Shown here piece after piece: positions 13,240 to 27,000 of a stretch of DNA of 64,000 bases; the stretch's first letter is position 1, and each line of letters begins with the position of its first letter. The position numbers and the translations under genes are program-made. The DNA comes from Chiloscyllium plagiosum. Taxonomy: Eukaryota. The notes under the pieces are model-generated. The model saw only the letters and a program-made list of their open reading frames with translations. It searched no databases and was not told the origin of the DNA. The stretch spans positions 77,500,274 to 77,564,273 of the forward strand of contig NC_057718.1 in assembly GCF_004010195.1 (NCBI RefSeq), read 5' to 3'.

Positions 13240-13832
13240 CAAACTAAAGAACTGTGGAAGCTAGAAATCAGAAAGAAAAATTGCTTCAAAATCTCAGCAG
13301 GTATGGCAGCAACTGTGAAGAGAAAACAGAGTTAATATTTTGGATTCAGTGACTCCTCTTCAGAAATGATTGTAGCTAGGAAAATGGAATATATGCTGAA
13401 GATGTGGGGGTAGGAGTAAATGATAGAGAGAACTGTAGTTGGACAAACAAAAGAATAGCTAAAAGTCAGCTGGACAGAATCAATAGCAGCTAATAGGGAA
13501 CATTAGTGGCTGACAATGTGTTGTTTGTGGTAGCAGCCCATTTGATGACAAGGCCTGATGTGTGGAGGTAGGGAAAAGGTTATGGGGGAAGCTGCTCAGG
13601 CCTTAAAATTATTGAACTTAATATTGAGTCATGATGGCAAATACAGACTAGGTGACGATTTTGCAGAAAATCTACATTGTGTCTTCAAAATTTACCCTGA
13701 GCTTCCAGTTGCCTGCCACTTCAACACACCACTATGTTCCCGAGCCAGTATCCTTGACTCGGGTTCATTGCAGTGGTCTAGTGAAGCTCAGTGCAAGCTG
13801 GGACAATAGCATCTCATTTTCCATTTGGGGAC
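13240..13832. mobile_element. Penelope remnant with inverted structure (minus tail 13240-13637; plus GIY-YIG C-terminus 13638-13832, continued at 44406-44450)
   Basis: YRLGDDFAENLHCV..ELPVACHFNTP (PLE endonuclease C-terminus); FHLGT|LQSSGLNI is split by the ERV; degenerate hammerhead on the minus strand at about 13325-13368. Confidence 0.8.
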
Positions 13833-14606
13833 TGTTAGGGGTACGCATATTTGAGTGATACAAGATGGCTGGCAGCTAAGCACTCCCTCGAGCCCTGCAG
13901 AAAATGCCAAGTGGTTAAACAGAATTAAAAGCTCACTCCAGCATTTAAGTGAGACACAATGGCACATTTGATAAGGGGGTTATTCTGAAGTGAAAGGGAA
14001 CTTTGCACACACAAAAGCTACAAAAATGGCATTTTTCAGCAATTAGTTGTCTACTTGAAGTTATTCACAATATTAAGAAATAGATTCTCATTAAAGATCC
14101 TTCATATAGTCACAGAGATAAATAGACATATATAACGAAATACAAAGAGCACTTAAAAGCATTAGGGGAAAGATTCAAATGTAGATATGAAAATTAATTA
14201 GTCTCATGAAGCTTTCCTTTATCTGGTGCCTACAATGTATGTTAAACATCATGAGATCAGCGAGAACCTAAGGTTGTCCATAGGAATGTCCATCATTGAC
14301 TTGGTTTTCACAGGATTGGATGTAAAGAATAAGGGGGAGGGCACAGTGATCACGTTGTATGTGATTGCTGTAACACAAATTGTATAAAAATACTGTATCC
14401 CACTGTGAAAGTCAGAACATCATTGACCTCACTTCCGATCTGACCTAAAAAGGGGATAACTGCATCCTCACTCTGACGCCAGATTCAGAGAGTTCTGTGG
14501 CCTTCTCCCTGCATGATTTGGTGGCTGCTTGAATAAAGACTTCCATGTGTCTGATTTCTGCTTGCCTCCTGAGTCTTTATCCAGGGTCGAAGGTTTCAGT
14601 CCTCCG
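13833..14606 (+). repeat. ERV 5' LTR
   Basis: Starts TGTTAGG; TATAAAA near 14383; AATAAA near 14532; aligns to 42166-42360 and 44010-44400. Confidence 0.88.
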
Positions 14607-14609
14607 GAT

Positions 14610-14627
14610 TGGTGAACCAGCCAGGAG
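14610..14627 (+). promoter_or_regulatory. Primer-binding site, tRNA-Arg(ACG)
   Basis: TGGTGAACCAGCCAGGAG versus TGGCGAGCCAGCCAGGAG (2 transitions), 3 nt after the LTR end. Confidence 0.85.
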
Positions 14628-15396
14628 ACCTGGCTTGAAGCTGGCATACCTTGGGCCATGATTTGAGTGAGTACATTTATTTACCTCCCTTTTAGGTAGC
14701 ATAACAGTCAGTGTGTGAGTGTGTCTGTAGGTCAGAGCACACAAAGAACATTTTAGTTGGAGCAAATACAGGGGAGGCAGCATACGGGTGTGGTAACAAA
14801 GGTCTGTGCTAATAGATGAGCACAGGAGAGACAAAGGATTGCCTCAGCAAATACCCGCAGGAGAATAAGGGCATCCAGCACTAACAATCAGCATACAAGG
14901 TAAAATGACTGGCCAGATCTGATGGATACGTATTAGCAGAGACAACACAGTGTCTCACCCATCGGCCCACACTTAGAGACAAGCACAGGAGAGACAAAGA
15001 AAAATAAGCAGGAAAAAATAATCCGGGAAATGGCAGAACTGGACTGCAAAAAGACCCGTTAGTGTCCAGACTGGTCCATTCTGCAAGAAAAATGTTCAAG
15101 AAAAATAAAGCCTTAATTAAAGAATTGGAAAGAAATGGATGGAATATTGAAGGGACTGCATCAGAAAGGAACAGAAAGCCAGATGGCTAGGTCAGAAGAA
15201 AGAAAAGATACAGAAACGGCTGATTACCCTTACGGCTCTGTTTAAGCAGAACGCCAAAAAAGCACAGAAACAACTAACATAGCTGCAGTGAGTGAGACAG
15301 AGAGAGGGAGAAGACCGGCTTTCTGCCCTGTGCTACTTCACTGAACCATGTCGAGGTGTTAACTCTTTGTGGTCTGGTTTGAATGCACCTTTGCTT

Positions 15397-17021
15397 TGTT
15401 ATAAAGGTTTAGGTGCGTACTGTACCTTTAAGAGAGAGAGAGGAAGCTGGCAAGGATTGACTGAAAGCACAGAGTGTGCTGAACAATTTAAAAATGTAAT
15501 ATTTGGTTGAAACAAATAGCTGGAGTTGCGTTGCCATGGTACAAAACAAATTCAAATTTGACCAATCAGTTTAAGTTATGCCCAAGATACCAAAATCCAA
15601 TTGAATTTGAATTTTACTGTTTGTGATGACCTCAAACTACTGAAATGATCCAATATTTTGCGGTATAAAACTGGACATTTTGAACAGTTAGGAGGAGAAC
15701 AGCAAAGGGCACCAACAAGTACAGACTGCCAGCCAAATAGCTCTCTGGAAGGTACCTGTCCATAAGAAAACTTGTGCAGCAGAAAACCAAAGAAAAGACG
15801 ACCCAGGAAAATACAGAGGAAAATCTAAAAGGAGAATCCACAAAGCTGACTGATTTTGAAACGCGATTTTTGTTTTGTAAATCTTAATCGAAATTTTTAT
15901 TTTTATCAGATCAGTAGAGTCATAGAATCATAGAGATGTACAGCATGGAAACAGATCCTTCGGTCCAACCTGTCCATGCCGACCAGATATCACAACCCAA
16001 TCTAGTCCCACTTGCCAGCACCCGGCCCATATCCCTCCAAACCTTTCTTATTCATATACCCATCCAAATGCCTCTTAAATGTTGCAATTGTACCAGCCTC
16101 CACCACTTCCTCTGACAGCTCATTCCATACACGTACCACCCTCTGTGTGAAAANNNNNNNNNNNNNNNNNNNNNNNNNNNNNNNNNNNNNNNNNNNNNNN
16201 NNNNNNNNNNNNNNNNNNNNNNNNNNNNNNNNNNNNNNNNNNNNNNNNNNNNNNNNNNNNNNNNNNNNNNNNNNNNNNNNNNNNNNNNNNNNNNNNNNNN
16301 NNNNNNNNNNNNNNNNNNNNNNNNNNNNNNNNNNNNNNNNNNNNNNNNNNNNNNNNNNNNNNNNNNNNNNNNNNNNNNNNNNNNNNNNNNNNNNNNNNNN
16401 NNNNNNNNNNNNNNNNNNNNNNNNNNNNNNNNNNNNNNNNNNNNNNNNNNNNNNNNNNNNNNNNNNNNNNNNNNNNNNNNNNNNNNNNNNNNNNNNNNNN
16501 NATTTATCTGAATTAAACTCCATCTGCCACTTCTCAGCCCATTGGCCCATCTGGTCCAGATCCTGTTGTAATCTGAGGTAACCCTCTTCGCTGTCCACTA
16601 CACCTCCAATTTTGGTGTCATCTGCAAACTTACTAACTGTACCTCTTATGCTCGTATCAAAATCATTTATGTAAATGACGAAAAGTAGAGGGCCCAGCAC
16701 CGATCCTTGTTGTACTCCACTGGTCACAGGCCTCCAGTCTGAAAAACAACCCTCCACCACCACCCTCTGTTTTCTACCTTTGAGCCAGTTCTGTATTGTA
16801 GAATGGGAGGTAACAGATAGGTTTAAGATAAAGAAATTGTAAACAATTGTTGTTTTAATGTTCTCTGTTGGACCTAAAGAATAAAATTGTTAATTTTTAC
16901 TTCAAATAGTGAGATCTGGGATAGTTCTTTGCCTCTTGAAATTTAACAGGTTACGGTGCAAGGTGAGCTTCTCTGTGTCTCAGGTTTAAATTAGCAGAGG
17001 GGTTTATCCCATCTCATAACA
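15397..17021 (+). repeat. Gmr1-A 5' LTR (contains a CR1 insertion)
   Basis: Reverse-complement similarity to 31079-31822 and 39994-40733; followed by a degenerate Pro-like PBS. Confidence 0.85.
15915..16795 (-). mobile_element. 5'-truncated CR1 inserted in the Gmr1-A LTR (spans the N gap)
   Basis: QGSVLGPLLFVIYIND..KFADDTK; (CTATGACT)-type tail at 15915-15935. Confidence 0.92.
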
Positions 17022-20000
17022 GTTTGGGCATTTGTCTATGATTTGAACAGGTTTAGACAGATCCAATCCAAGATTTGGACAGATTTGAATAGATTTGGGG
17101 TACGATAAAAGCCCAGTAGATTTAAGAACTTGCCAGTTAGTGTCCCAGATTTTTAAATAAAATGTAGGTGAAACAATTTGTTTAAGTTCAATTACTTGTG
17201 GTTGGTTAAATTAAAAGTGAGAGAAATGGCTCTTAAAATTGCTAAAGAGATTCTGGGGTTTGAAGATGATTCACAAATTTGTCAAGAAAATTTAGAAAGA
17301 AAAGACTTAGAATTAGCAAAGAGATTAGAATTGGTTTTAACCAAGGACAAAAGTAAAGCTGAAATTGTAAGGGAATTACTCAAACAGGTATGTCAGCGAA
17401 ACAGACAAGTGCAGTAGAGTTAGAAAAATTTAAATTACAAGTGAGGAAAATGGAGTTAGAAGATAAAGAAAGGGGGAGAAAGAGGAAAAAGAGAGGAAAG
17501 GTTCTTAGCTGAGCAAATAGAGAGAGAAGAGACGAAAGAGAGAGGAAAAAGAAAGATAAAGTTCTTAGCTGAGCTAAAAGAGAGAGAAGTTGAGCTTCAG
17601 AAGTTGCAACTTAGTCAGCAAAATCAAGTTAACAGGATGGAGATTAAAAGAGAAGGTAGTAATATATACAAATATATCAAAACTCTGCCATATTTTGATG
17701 AGAAAGATGTTGAAACCTTCTTTATTTTATTTGAAAAATTGGCTAGGCAGATGGGTGGTCTGAGTATTTACGGGTAATGCTATTTCAGGCTAAACTGGTA
17801 GGCAGAGCTAGTGAGGTATTTGCCAGATGAGGGGTCAAGAGATTATGAAGAGGTCAAACAGGCTATTTTAAAGTGCTTATGAATTGGTACCAGAAGCATA
17901 TAGACGGTGGTTTAGAAACATAAAGAAGGAACCAGGTTAGACCTATGTTGAGTTTGAAGTTATTTTGTCATTTAGATAGATAGGTGTGGGTCTTAAGGAT
18001 AGATAAGCCCTATGAGGCTCTAAGAAAGATTATTCTGCTAAAGGAGATTAAAAACTCACTTCCAGGGATAAGAATTCATGTGGAGGAACAGACAGTTCTG
18101 GAAGTGAGAAGGGCCTCAGAGTTAACAGATAAATACACGTTGGTACATAAGACAAGCTTTCGGCCAGAATTTTATCCTGTGAGGGATAGAATTTGGGAGA
18201 AAGAGCAATCCTACACTGCGAAACAAAGAGCAGAGAACACTGGTAGGCATTTACCACAGGTTAAAGAAGCACAAGAGGGTGGAAAGGAGGTGAAAGGCCT
18301 CAGATGTTTTCACTATAATGAAGTGGGACACAGAAAATTACAGCACTGGGAGAAGGTGTTTTCATTGCCAGAAAGTGGGATACAAAGTCACAGTGCTGGT
18401 CGTTAAAGAAAGGCACTGTGGAAAAAGATGTGCCAAAAGAAGCTAAGCCAATGGCATTAGTGAAAGTAGTCAAGGAAACCCCAAGAAAAGCCAAGGAGCT
18501 GCAGGAGAGTGCACAGCCTAGGTAAGGGCTGGGTGTGGAGTTAGTGCCTGATCTCTATAAAGAATTCACCTCTGTGGGTAACTACTACTCAGAAAGAACA
18601 GGGGAAGAAGGGCAAGACATTAGAATTTTGAGAGATACAGGATCTAACCAGTCTCTAATAGTAAGAGATGAGTGAATTTGCACTTTATCTGCTCTGATAC
18701 CCGAGAGTGTGGTAATTTGTGGGATAGATGGACAGAAATTTAGTGTTCCCCTATGTAAGATCAGATTGGAGTGCCCCAAATTAAAATTGGGGAAATAACA
18801 GTGGGACTGATTGACAGAGTATCAGTTCCAAGAATATAGTTTGTTCTTGGGAATGATTTAGCAGGCTCCAAGGTGGGAGTGACACCCTTTGTTGTGGAAA
18901 AACCCAAAGAAGACCAAGAAACTGAGGAGTATTCTCCCAGACCATGTAGTAACAAGATCCCACTATCATAAATCACAGCATGAAACATAAACTAAAGAGA
19001 AAGTTGAGGTTTAGTTAGTGGACACTCTGTTTGACATAATGATGCAGGAAAAGCCTGACTGTCAGACAGAAGTGTTTAGTCCTGAAAGGCTTAGGGACTT
19101 GCAACAGCAAGACAAGATGATAAAAGATATATATGTGGATATGTATTCCGAAAAGGAGGCAGAGAATATTCCTGAGGGTTATTATTTGAAAGATAGAATC
19201 CGAAGACCAAGACGGAGACCACGGCAGGTTAGTGCAGAGGAGAAATGGGCTGAAGTGTACCAGATTGTGTTGCTGGTAGCATACAGACAGGAGGTGTTAT
19301 GAACTACCCTGTAGGAGGTCACTAGGTATATGAAAATTCAGGCTAAGGTACAAAAACATTTTTATTGGCCTGGAATGCGCAAGAATGTGGTTAATGTTGT
19401 CATATGTGTTATACATGCCAAATGGTAGGTAAGCCACAGGCAGTAATAAAACCAACACCTTTGTTGCCAATTCCCACATTTGAAGAACCTTTTACGTGGG
19501 TTATAATTGATTGTGTAGGTCCCCTTCCGAGAACTAAAAGTGAGCCCCAATACTTGTTAACCATAATGGATGGGTTTACCAGATTTCTGGAGGCAATTCC
19601 ATTACAGAGTATCAAGGCAAAAAGATTAGTAGAGGAGTTTAGTAGCTTTCATCACTGATATAGGCGACCCTAACAGGCTTAGTCAGACCAAGGGTATAAT
19701 TTTACTGCTAGGTTGGTTAAGGAGGTCAAAGATACAGCACTTTAAATTAAGTGCATATCATCCTGAATCCCAGCAAGCTTTCGAAAATGGCATCAGACCC
19801 TGAAGACCATGTTGAGAGCATACTGTCAGAATTACCCGAATGATTGAGATAAAGGTATCCCATTTGCATTGTTTGCATTACAGATGCCTCAAATGAGTCT
19901 ACTCAGTTTACTCCCTTTGAGTTAATGTTCGGGCATGAACCCCTTTGAAATTAATTAAAGAGAAATTGACAGGACCAAAGTCGGAGATCTCACACTTGGA

Positions 20001-22211
20001 TTATGTATCGGAAGTGAGGGAGAGATTAAATAAAGTAGGTGAGTTAGATAACAGCACCGAAAGAGGGCACAGCATAGAATGAAGCAGGTGGCAGATAAAA
20101 ACTCTGAGACTCAGACGTTTTCCTGAGGGGATAGCGTGTTAATACTGTTACCAGTGATAGGAGATCCCTTCAAAGCCAGGTTTAGTGGTCCATATCAAAT
20201 TGAGAAAAAGTTGGATCAGGTGAACCATCTGCTAAAGATGCCAGGTAGAAAAAAACTGTATTGGGTATGTCATGTGAACGTACTGAAACCGTATTATACT
20301 AGAAGGAAAGAACTGGAGAAACAGGTGTTATTTACTGCCCTGCAGAGTGAGGAATCAAATCCAGATGTTGTGGATTTTGATGTGCCTCCAGAGCGGCGAG
20401 GAGAGAGGACGGAGAGAAGCGAGGGCTGTCGGGAAGGGTAAGTTTTCCCACTTTAAAAGGGACTTACCTCGGGAATCAGGCCTCCATTTTTACAGAGTGG
20501 CGTGGAGAGAAGCGAAGGCTGCCGGGAAGGGAGAGCACAAGAACCATTTTTTAAAGGAGCAGCAGAGGGCGAGGCCACAGCGAGAAAGCAGAGGGCTGCC
20601 AGGTATATATTTGGGCAGTGGCTGAATCCCAAGACACTACATGTGTAGTGTCTCCTACCCGCCCTCCTCCTCTAACCAAAAAAAAGGACTGTTGTGTGTT
20701 GCTAAGGTAAAGTTGATATTTCTTGTGTATCGTGTGATTGATTAAAAGTTTACTGTTAGTTGGTTAGTTGAATAAGACCACAGAGAAGTACTAGAAATTA
20801 TTGAACTCATAAATTTATATAAATTAATTAAATAAGTAGAGATGGCTGGACAGGTGATGTGCTGTAGCTGTATGATGTGGGAGATGGCTGATCCCATTGT
20901 GAGTGGCAGTGACCACATCTGCAGCACGCGTTGGTTGCTGGAAGAACTCTGGATCAGAATTGATGATCTGGAATCTGAGCTTCAAACTCTGTGGCACATC
21001 CGGGAGGGGGAGAGTTACCTGGACACTGTTTCAGGAGGCAGTCACACCTGGTAGATTAAAAAATTCAAATTCAGTTAGTGATCAGGGACAACAGGGTGTA
21101 ACTATAAGTGAGGGAGGTCACGGGATTCTGAGTTCAGGAGTGGAGGAGCCTCAACCCTTGACCTTGCCCAACAGGTATGAGATTTTTGTTCCCTGTACAG
21201 ATGAGGAAAAGGGCTGTAGACAGGATGAGCCAGCTGACCACTGCACCATGGTGCAGAAGGCCATTCAAGACAGGCATGCAAAAAGACTAGTTGTTATAGG
21301 GGATTCTATAATTAGGGGAACGGATAGTATCTTTTGCAAGTTGGATTGGGAGTCCTGTATGGTGTGTTGCCTGCGCGGTGCCAGGGTGCAGGACATCTCC
21401 AACCGGCTTGAAAGGATATTGGAGTGGGAGGGAGAAGACCCAGTTGTTGTGGTCCACGTTGGCAATAACAACATAGGCAAAGCTAGGACTTGTTTGGGGA
21501 TTATCAAACAATTGAAGAACAGGTCCTCTAGGGTCGTAATCTCTGGATTTCTGCCCAAGCCACATGCTAATTGGCATAGGGATAAGAAAATTAGGGAAGT
21601 AAACACATGGCTAAGAGATTGCTGTGGGAAAGAGGGATTCCATTCCATGGGACATTGGCATCAGTTTTGGAATGGGGAGATCTGTACCAATGGGATGGAA
21701 CTAGTGTTCTAGCGAATAGGATAAAAAGGGTGGTCTCTAAGGCTTTAAACTTGTGAGTCGGGGGTAGGAAGGAAAGGGAAAGTGACAGGGAGCATGGAGT
21801 CAAGTAGAAAGATAAGCAGCAGGTTAGCATGTTTGCAGGGTTTAAGTTCAAGGCAGACAAGGAATGAAGCAAGAAGGAAGGATAACTTAGGACATATTAC
21901 TAGAAATGTTGGAAATCATGAGGTAAGAAAATTAGCTTGAAGGAACTTTACCTGAATGCTCGTAGTATTCATAACAAGGTAGATGAATTAACAGCACAAA
22001 TTATTGTGAGTGATTATGATGTGGTAAGCATCACAGAGACATGGTTGCAGGGGTTCATGACTGGCAGTTAAACAACCAAGGATTTACAACTTATCGAAAA
22101 GACAGGGAGTTGGGCAGAGGGGGCAAGGTTGCCTTGTTAGTTAGGAATGAAATTAAATCTATGGCACGGAATGGCATAGGATCAGATGATGTGGAGTCTA
22201 TGTGGATGGAG

Positions 22212-22399
22212 GAGAAAGTGAGGACTGCAGATGCTGGAGATCAGAGCTGAAAATGTGTTGCTGGAAAAGTGCAGCAGGTCAGGCAGCATCCAAGGAGCAG
22301 GAGAATCTATGTTTCGGGCATGAGCCCTTCTTCAGGAATGAGGAAAGTGTGTCCAGCCTGCTGGACACACTTTCCTCATTCCTGAAGAAGGGCTCATCC
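22212..22399. mobile_element. Mini Penelope-derived fold-back insert with hammerhead motif, 15-bp TSD
   Basis: TSD TCTATGTGGATGGAG at 22197-22211 and 22400-22414; near-perfect hairpin 22320-22397; minus-strand CTGAAGA-AGGGC-tcat-GCCC-GAAA. Confidence 0.9.
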
Positions 22400-23874
22400 T
22401 CTATGTGGATGGAGTTGAGGAACCACAAAGGCAAAAAAATCATAATGGAAGTTATGTACAGACCTCCCAGCAGTGTCAGGACCAGGGACGCAAGATCTAC
22501 CAGAAAATAGATAGGGCATGTCAAAAGGCAAGGTCATGGTGATCATGGGGACTTCAATATGCAAATTGACTGGGTGAATAATGTTGCCGGTGGATCCAAA
22601 GAAAGGGAATTTATGGAATGCTGATGGGATGGTTTTTAGGAACAGCTTGTGATAAAGCCCACAAGGGAGCAGGCTATGTTGGACTTAAGGTTATATAATG
22701 AACCAGATTTTAGATCTTAGATTTTAGAACCAGATCTTAAAGTAAGGAAACATTTAGGAGGCAGTGATCATAATACGGTAGAGTTCAATCTGCAGTTTGA
22801 AAGAGAGAGCACAAAATTGGATGTAATGGTGTTGCAGCTAAATAAAGGTAATTACAAGGGCATGAGATGGAAACTGACAAAAATTGACTAGAAGCAGAGC
22901 CTAGCGAAGAAGACAGTAGAGCAGGGGCTTCTGGGTTTACCTGAGGACACATTACAGAGGTTCATCCCAAAGAAAAGAAATATTATCCAGGGGGATAGTC
23001 AGCCATGGCTGACAAAGGAAGTCAGGAAGTGTACCAAAGAAAAAGAGAGAGCCTATAAAATGGCCAAGAGCACTGGGAAATCAGAAGATTGGGAAGATTA
23101 CAAAAACGAGAAGAGGATAACAAAGAGAGAAATAAGGAAGGATCGGATCAAATTTGAAAGTAGGTGAGCCAGTAATATTAGAAATGATAGTAAAAGTTTC
23201 TTTCAATACATAAGAAACAAACGAGAGGCAAAAGTAGAAATTGGGCCGCTCCAAACTGATGCCGGAAGGCTAGTGCTGGGAGATAAGGAAATATCTGAAG
23301 AACTTAATAAGTACTTTGCGTCAGTCTTCACAGTGGAAGACACGAGTAATATCCCAACAATTAAGGAGAGTCAGGGGGCAGAGTTGAGTATGGTAGTCAT
23401 TACAAAAGAGAAAGTGCTAGAAAAGCTAAAAAGTCTAAACATTGATAAATCTCCTGGCCCCGATGGGTTATGTCCTAGAGTTCTGAGGGAGGTGGCTGAG
23501 GAAATAATGAAGGCATTGGTTGTGATCTTTCAAAAGACACTGGAGTCAGGGAAAGTCCCAAATAATTGGAAAATTGCTGTAGTAACCCTCTTGTTCAAGA
23601 AAGGATCAAGTCAAAAGATGGAAGATTATAGGCCGATTTGCCTTACTATCATTAAAGATGAGATTTCTAAATTCTTGGAAGTGCAGGGTCGAATTAGAAC
23701 AAGTCAGCATGGATTTAGTAGGGGGAGGCTGTGCCTGACGAACCTGTTAGAATTCTTTGAAGAGGTAACAAGTACATTAGACCAGGGAAACTCAGTGGAT
23801 GTTGCTCCAAAAGTCCTTTGATAAGATGTCTCATGGGAGGCTGCTGCGTAAATGAGGGCCCATGGTGTTGGAGG

Positions 23875-24068
23875 AGAAAGTGAGGTCTGCAGATGCTGGA
23901 GATCAGAGCTGGAAATGTGTTGCTGGAAAAGCGCAGCAGGTCAGGCAGCATCCAGGGAACAGGAGAATCGACGTNNNNNNNNNNNNNNNNNNNNNNNNNN
24001 NNNNNNNCGATTCTCCTGTTCCCTGGATGCTGCCTGACCTGCTGCGCTTTTCCAGCAACACATTTCCA
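23875..24068. mobile_element. Mini Penelope-derived fold-back insert, 16-bp TSD (centre is an N gap)
   Basis: TSD CCCATGGTGTTGGAGG at 23859-23874 and 24069-24084; inverted arms. Confidence 0.9.
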
Positions 24069-27000
24069 CCCATGGTGTTGGAGGTGAGCTACTCGCATGG
24101 ATTGAGGATTAACTGTCTGACAGAAGGCAGAGAGTTGGGATAAAAGGTTGTTGTTTGGAATGGCAGCTGGTGACAAGTGGTGTCCTGCAGGGTTCAGTGT
24201 TGGGGTCAGCTGTTCACTTTATATATTAATGATCTGGATGAAGGGACTCGGGGCATTCTGGCAAAGTTTGCCAATGATATGAAGTTAGGTGGACCGGCAG
24301 GTAGTACTGAGGAGGTGGGGAGGCTGCAGAAAGATTTAGGCAGTTGAAGAGAGTGGTCCAGGAAATCGCTAATGAAATTCAATGTGAACAAATGCAAGGT
24401 TTGCACTTTGGAAAAAAGAATACAAGCATGGACTATTTTTTAAACAGAAAATTATTAAGCCAAAGTACAAAAGTATCTGGGAGTGCTAGTCAAGGATTCT
24501 CTAAAGGTTGACTTGCAGGTTGAGTCCGTGATTAAGAAAGCAAATGTAATGTTGTCATTTATGTCAAGAGGGTTGGAATATAAAAGCAGTGAGGTGCTTC
24601 TGAGATTTTATAAAGCTCTGGTTAGGCCCCATGTAGAATACTGTGTCCAATTTAGGGCCCCACACCTCAGGAAGGACATATTGGCACTGGAGCGTGACAA
24701 ACAGAGATTCACACAGATGATCCCTGGAATGGTAGGCCTAACATACCATGAGCGGCTGAAGATCCTGGGATTGTATTCATTGGAGTTTAGAAGGTTGAGG
24801 GGAGATCTAATAGAAACTTACAAGGTAATGCATGGCTTCTTAAGGGTGGACTCTGGGAAGTTTTTTCCTTAGGCGTGGAGACTTGGACCCATGGGCACAG
24901 CCTTAAAATTAGAGGGGGTCAATTTAGAATGGAAATGAGGGGACATTTCTTCAGCCAGAGAGTGGTGAGCCTGTGGAATTCACTGCCAAGGAACGCAGTG
25001 GAGGCCGTGACGTTAAATGTCTTCAAGGCAGAGATTGATAAATTCTTGATCTTGCAAGGAATTAAGGGCTACGGGTAGAGTGCGGATAAGTAGAATTGAA
25101 ATGCCCATGACTCATGATTAAATGGCAGAGTGGACTCAACGAAGCAAATGGCCTTACTGTCACTCCTATGTCTTTTGGTCTTATGTTAAAAAATGAAGTC
25201 CTTGAGGAGTGGGATAGGTTAGTAAACTATCTGTCTCAGGAGCAAAGAACACAGTTGAAAGGTTTGTTACTGCAGTATGAGGACATACGTAGGAATCAGA
25301 TGGGGAGGACTAATGCTATCGTACATGAAGTAGATGTAGGGAATTCTGCTCCAATAAAACAAAACTCCTAACAGCTTAATCCTTTCAAAGCCAGACAGGT
25401 CCAGGTGGAGGCCATGCTTAATAAGGATATCATCAAACCAAGCCAGAGTGAGTGGTGTTTGCAGATCGTTTTAGGTCACAAACTGGATGAGACTCAACAA
25501 TTTTGCGTGCATTATTGGAAGGTACCGTTACAAAATTGGACTCGTATCCAATACCAAGATTGGAGGACTGTATCAAGAAAGTTGGACAAGCCAGTTACAT
25601 CACCAAGTTGGATTTTCTGCGTGGTTACTGGCAAGGACCTTTATCAGAGGCAGCAAAAGAAATTTCTGCATATGTAACCCCAAATGGGCTATATCAATTC
25701 AAAATGATGCCCTTTGGGGTGAAGAATGTACCCGCCACATTCCAAAGACTCATGAACAGAGTTGTGGCCAGATTAACAAACTGTGTGGTCTATTTGGACA
25801 ATGTAGTGATCCTTAATAAGTCCTGGAAAGATCACATGGTACAGTTGGCAGAGCTCTTTGAACAACTACGTGAAGCAAAACTGAATTCGCGAAAGCAGAG
25901 GTGACGTTCTTGGGACATAGCATGGAAGGCTGATCCCACGGAACCCAAAGACGAAGGCCATCGAGGAATTTCCACAACCAACCTCGAAGAAAGAGGTGCT
26001 TTGATTCTTGAGGCTAAGCGGATACTATTTTAAGTTTGTTCCAAACCTCACCAGCGTAGTGGCACCATTAACCGATTTGCTGAAGAAGAACACAAAGTTT
26101 ATGTGAACAGAACAATGCAGGAGGCATTCGACCATTTAAAAGCAAATATTAACCACTACACCAGTTTTTGCTACACCAAACTTTTGAAACCCTTCAAAGT
26201 TGCCATCGATGCTTGTGACATAGGAGTTAGAGATGTACTGCTACAGGAAAGTGATGATGGGATTGAACTGCCAGTTGGTTACCTTTTGAAGAAATTCAAT
26301 ATCCACTAGAGGGAATACTCATGATCGAAAAAGAACTATTGAGTTTGGTACTGGCCTTATAACATTTTAATATGTATGTCACAAACAATGTATTGGAGAT
26401 GGTTGTGTGCACGGATCACAATCCTCTTACATTCTTGGAATGCTTTAAAGACAAGAGTACGAGACTATTTCATTGGAGTCTTATGTTATAGACTTTTAAT
26501 TTACAAATCGTACATTTTGCAGATCGTAAGAATGTTATCATAGATACGTTATCACGGATTTAACTGATAAAGTATGCATGAGGTTGATACCTGTTCAATG
26601 TTATATATATGTGGGAAGAAGTTAATATGAACTTAGTTTAAAGTCATATGTATGCCATGTTTAATATGGTTAAGGAATAGAGAAAAAAAGTGAAGCCATC
26701 TTTTCATTATGATGGTTCATTTTTTTCTTAAAGGGAGTGTTATGAAAGTGTAGGTATTCTCTGTACCTTTAAGAGGGAGAGGAACGTGGCAAGGACTGAC
26801 TGAAAGCTGAATTTGAATTTTACTGAGTGGGATGATATCAAACAAATTAAATGATCCAATATTTTAGGGTATAAAACTGGACATTTTGAACAGTTAGGGG
26901 GAGAACACAGATCACTGGTGATTAAAATTAATTGAAAAAAGTCCAAAAAACGGAACTTATCTTCTTCTTCCTCAAGATAATATACTATCTGTCTTGTATT

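Larger units (their letters stand above)
20389..25185 (+). mobile_element. Full-length decayed CR1 LINE (5' UTR, ORF1 Zn-finger/esterase, ORF2 APE-RT, 3' tail)
   Basis: MAGQVMCCSCMMW..HICS; VIGDSIIRG; VHVGNN; ITETW; KSPGPDG; SQHGF; GLYSLEFRRLRGDL; tail cctatgtcttttggtcttatg; 5' UTR repeats of gagagaagcga..ggctg.cgggaaggg. Confidence 0.93.
17226..26563 (+). pseudogene. Gmr1-A gag-pol polyprotein pseudogene, split by CR1 at 20389-25185
   Basis: Domain motifs in several frames; DFDVP|LKNEVLEEWDRL rejoins as in copy B (EFDVPQNRLNNEEDLEELDRL). Confidence 0.88.
15397..26909 (+). mobile_element. Gmr1-like Ty3/gypsy LTR retrotransposon copy A (gag-PR-IN-RT-RH); 3' LTR truncated
   Basis: 5' LTR TGTTATA..CATAACA 15397-17021; gag from 17226 with CFHYNEVGH knuckle; ILRDTGS protease near 18625; IN (IIDCVGPLP, FSGPY) 19300-20300; RT (SYPIPRLEDCI, YLDN) 25400-25900; RH to 26563; PPT then partial LTR 26738-26909. 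Confidence 0.92.

Noticed and set aside
16002..16763. Long ORFs spanning N runs (also 23715-24176 and 35283-35899)
   Set aside because: ORF length is inflated by assembly gaps at 16154-16501, 23975-24007 and 35483-35617
20903..21712. 269-aa ORF with a GDS esterase motif
   Set aside because: It is a frameshifted CR1 ORF1; SGNH esterase domains in CR1 ORF1 are well known
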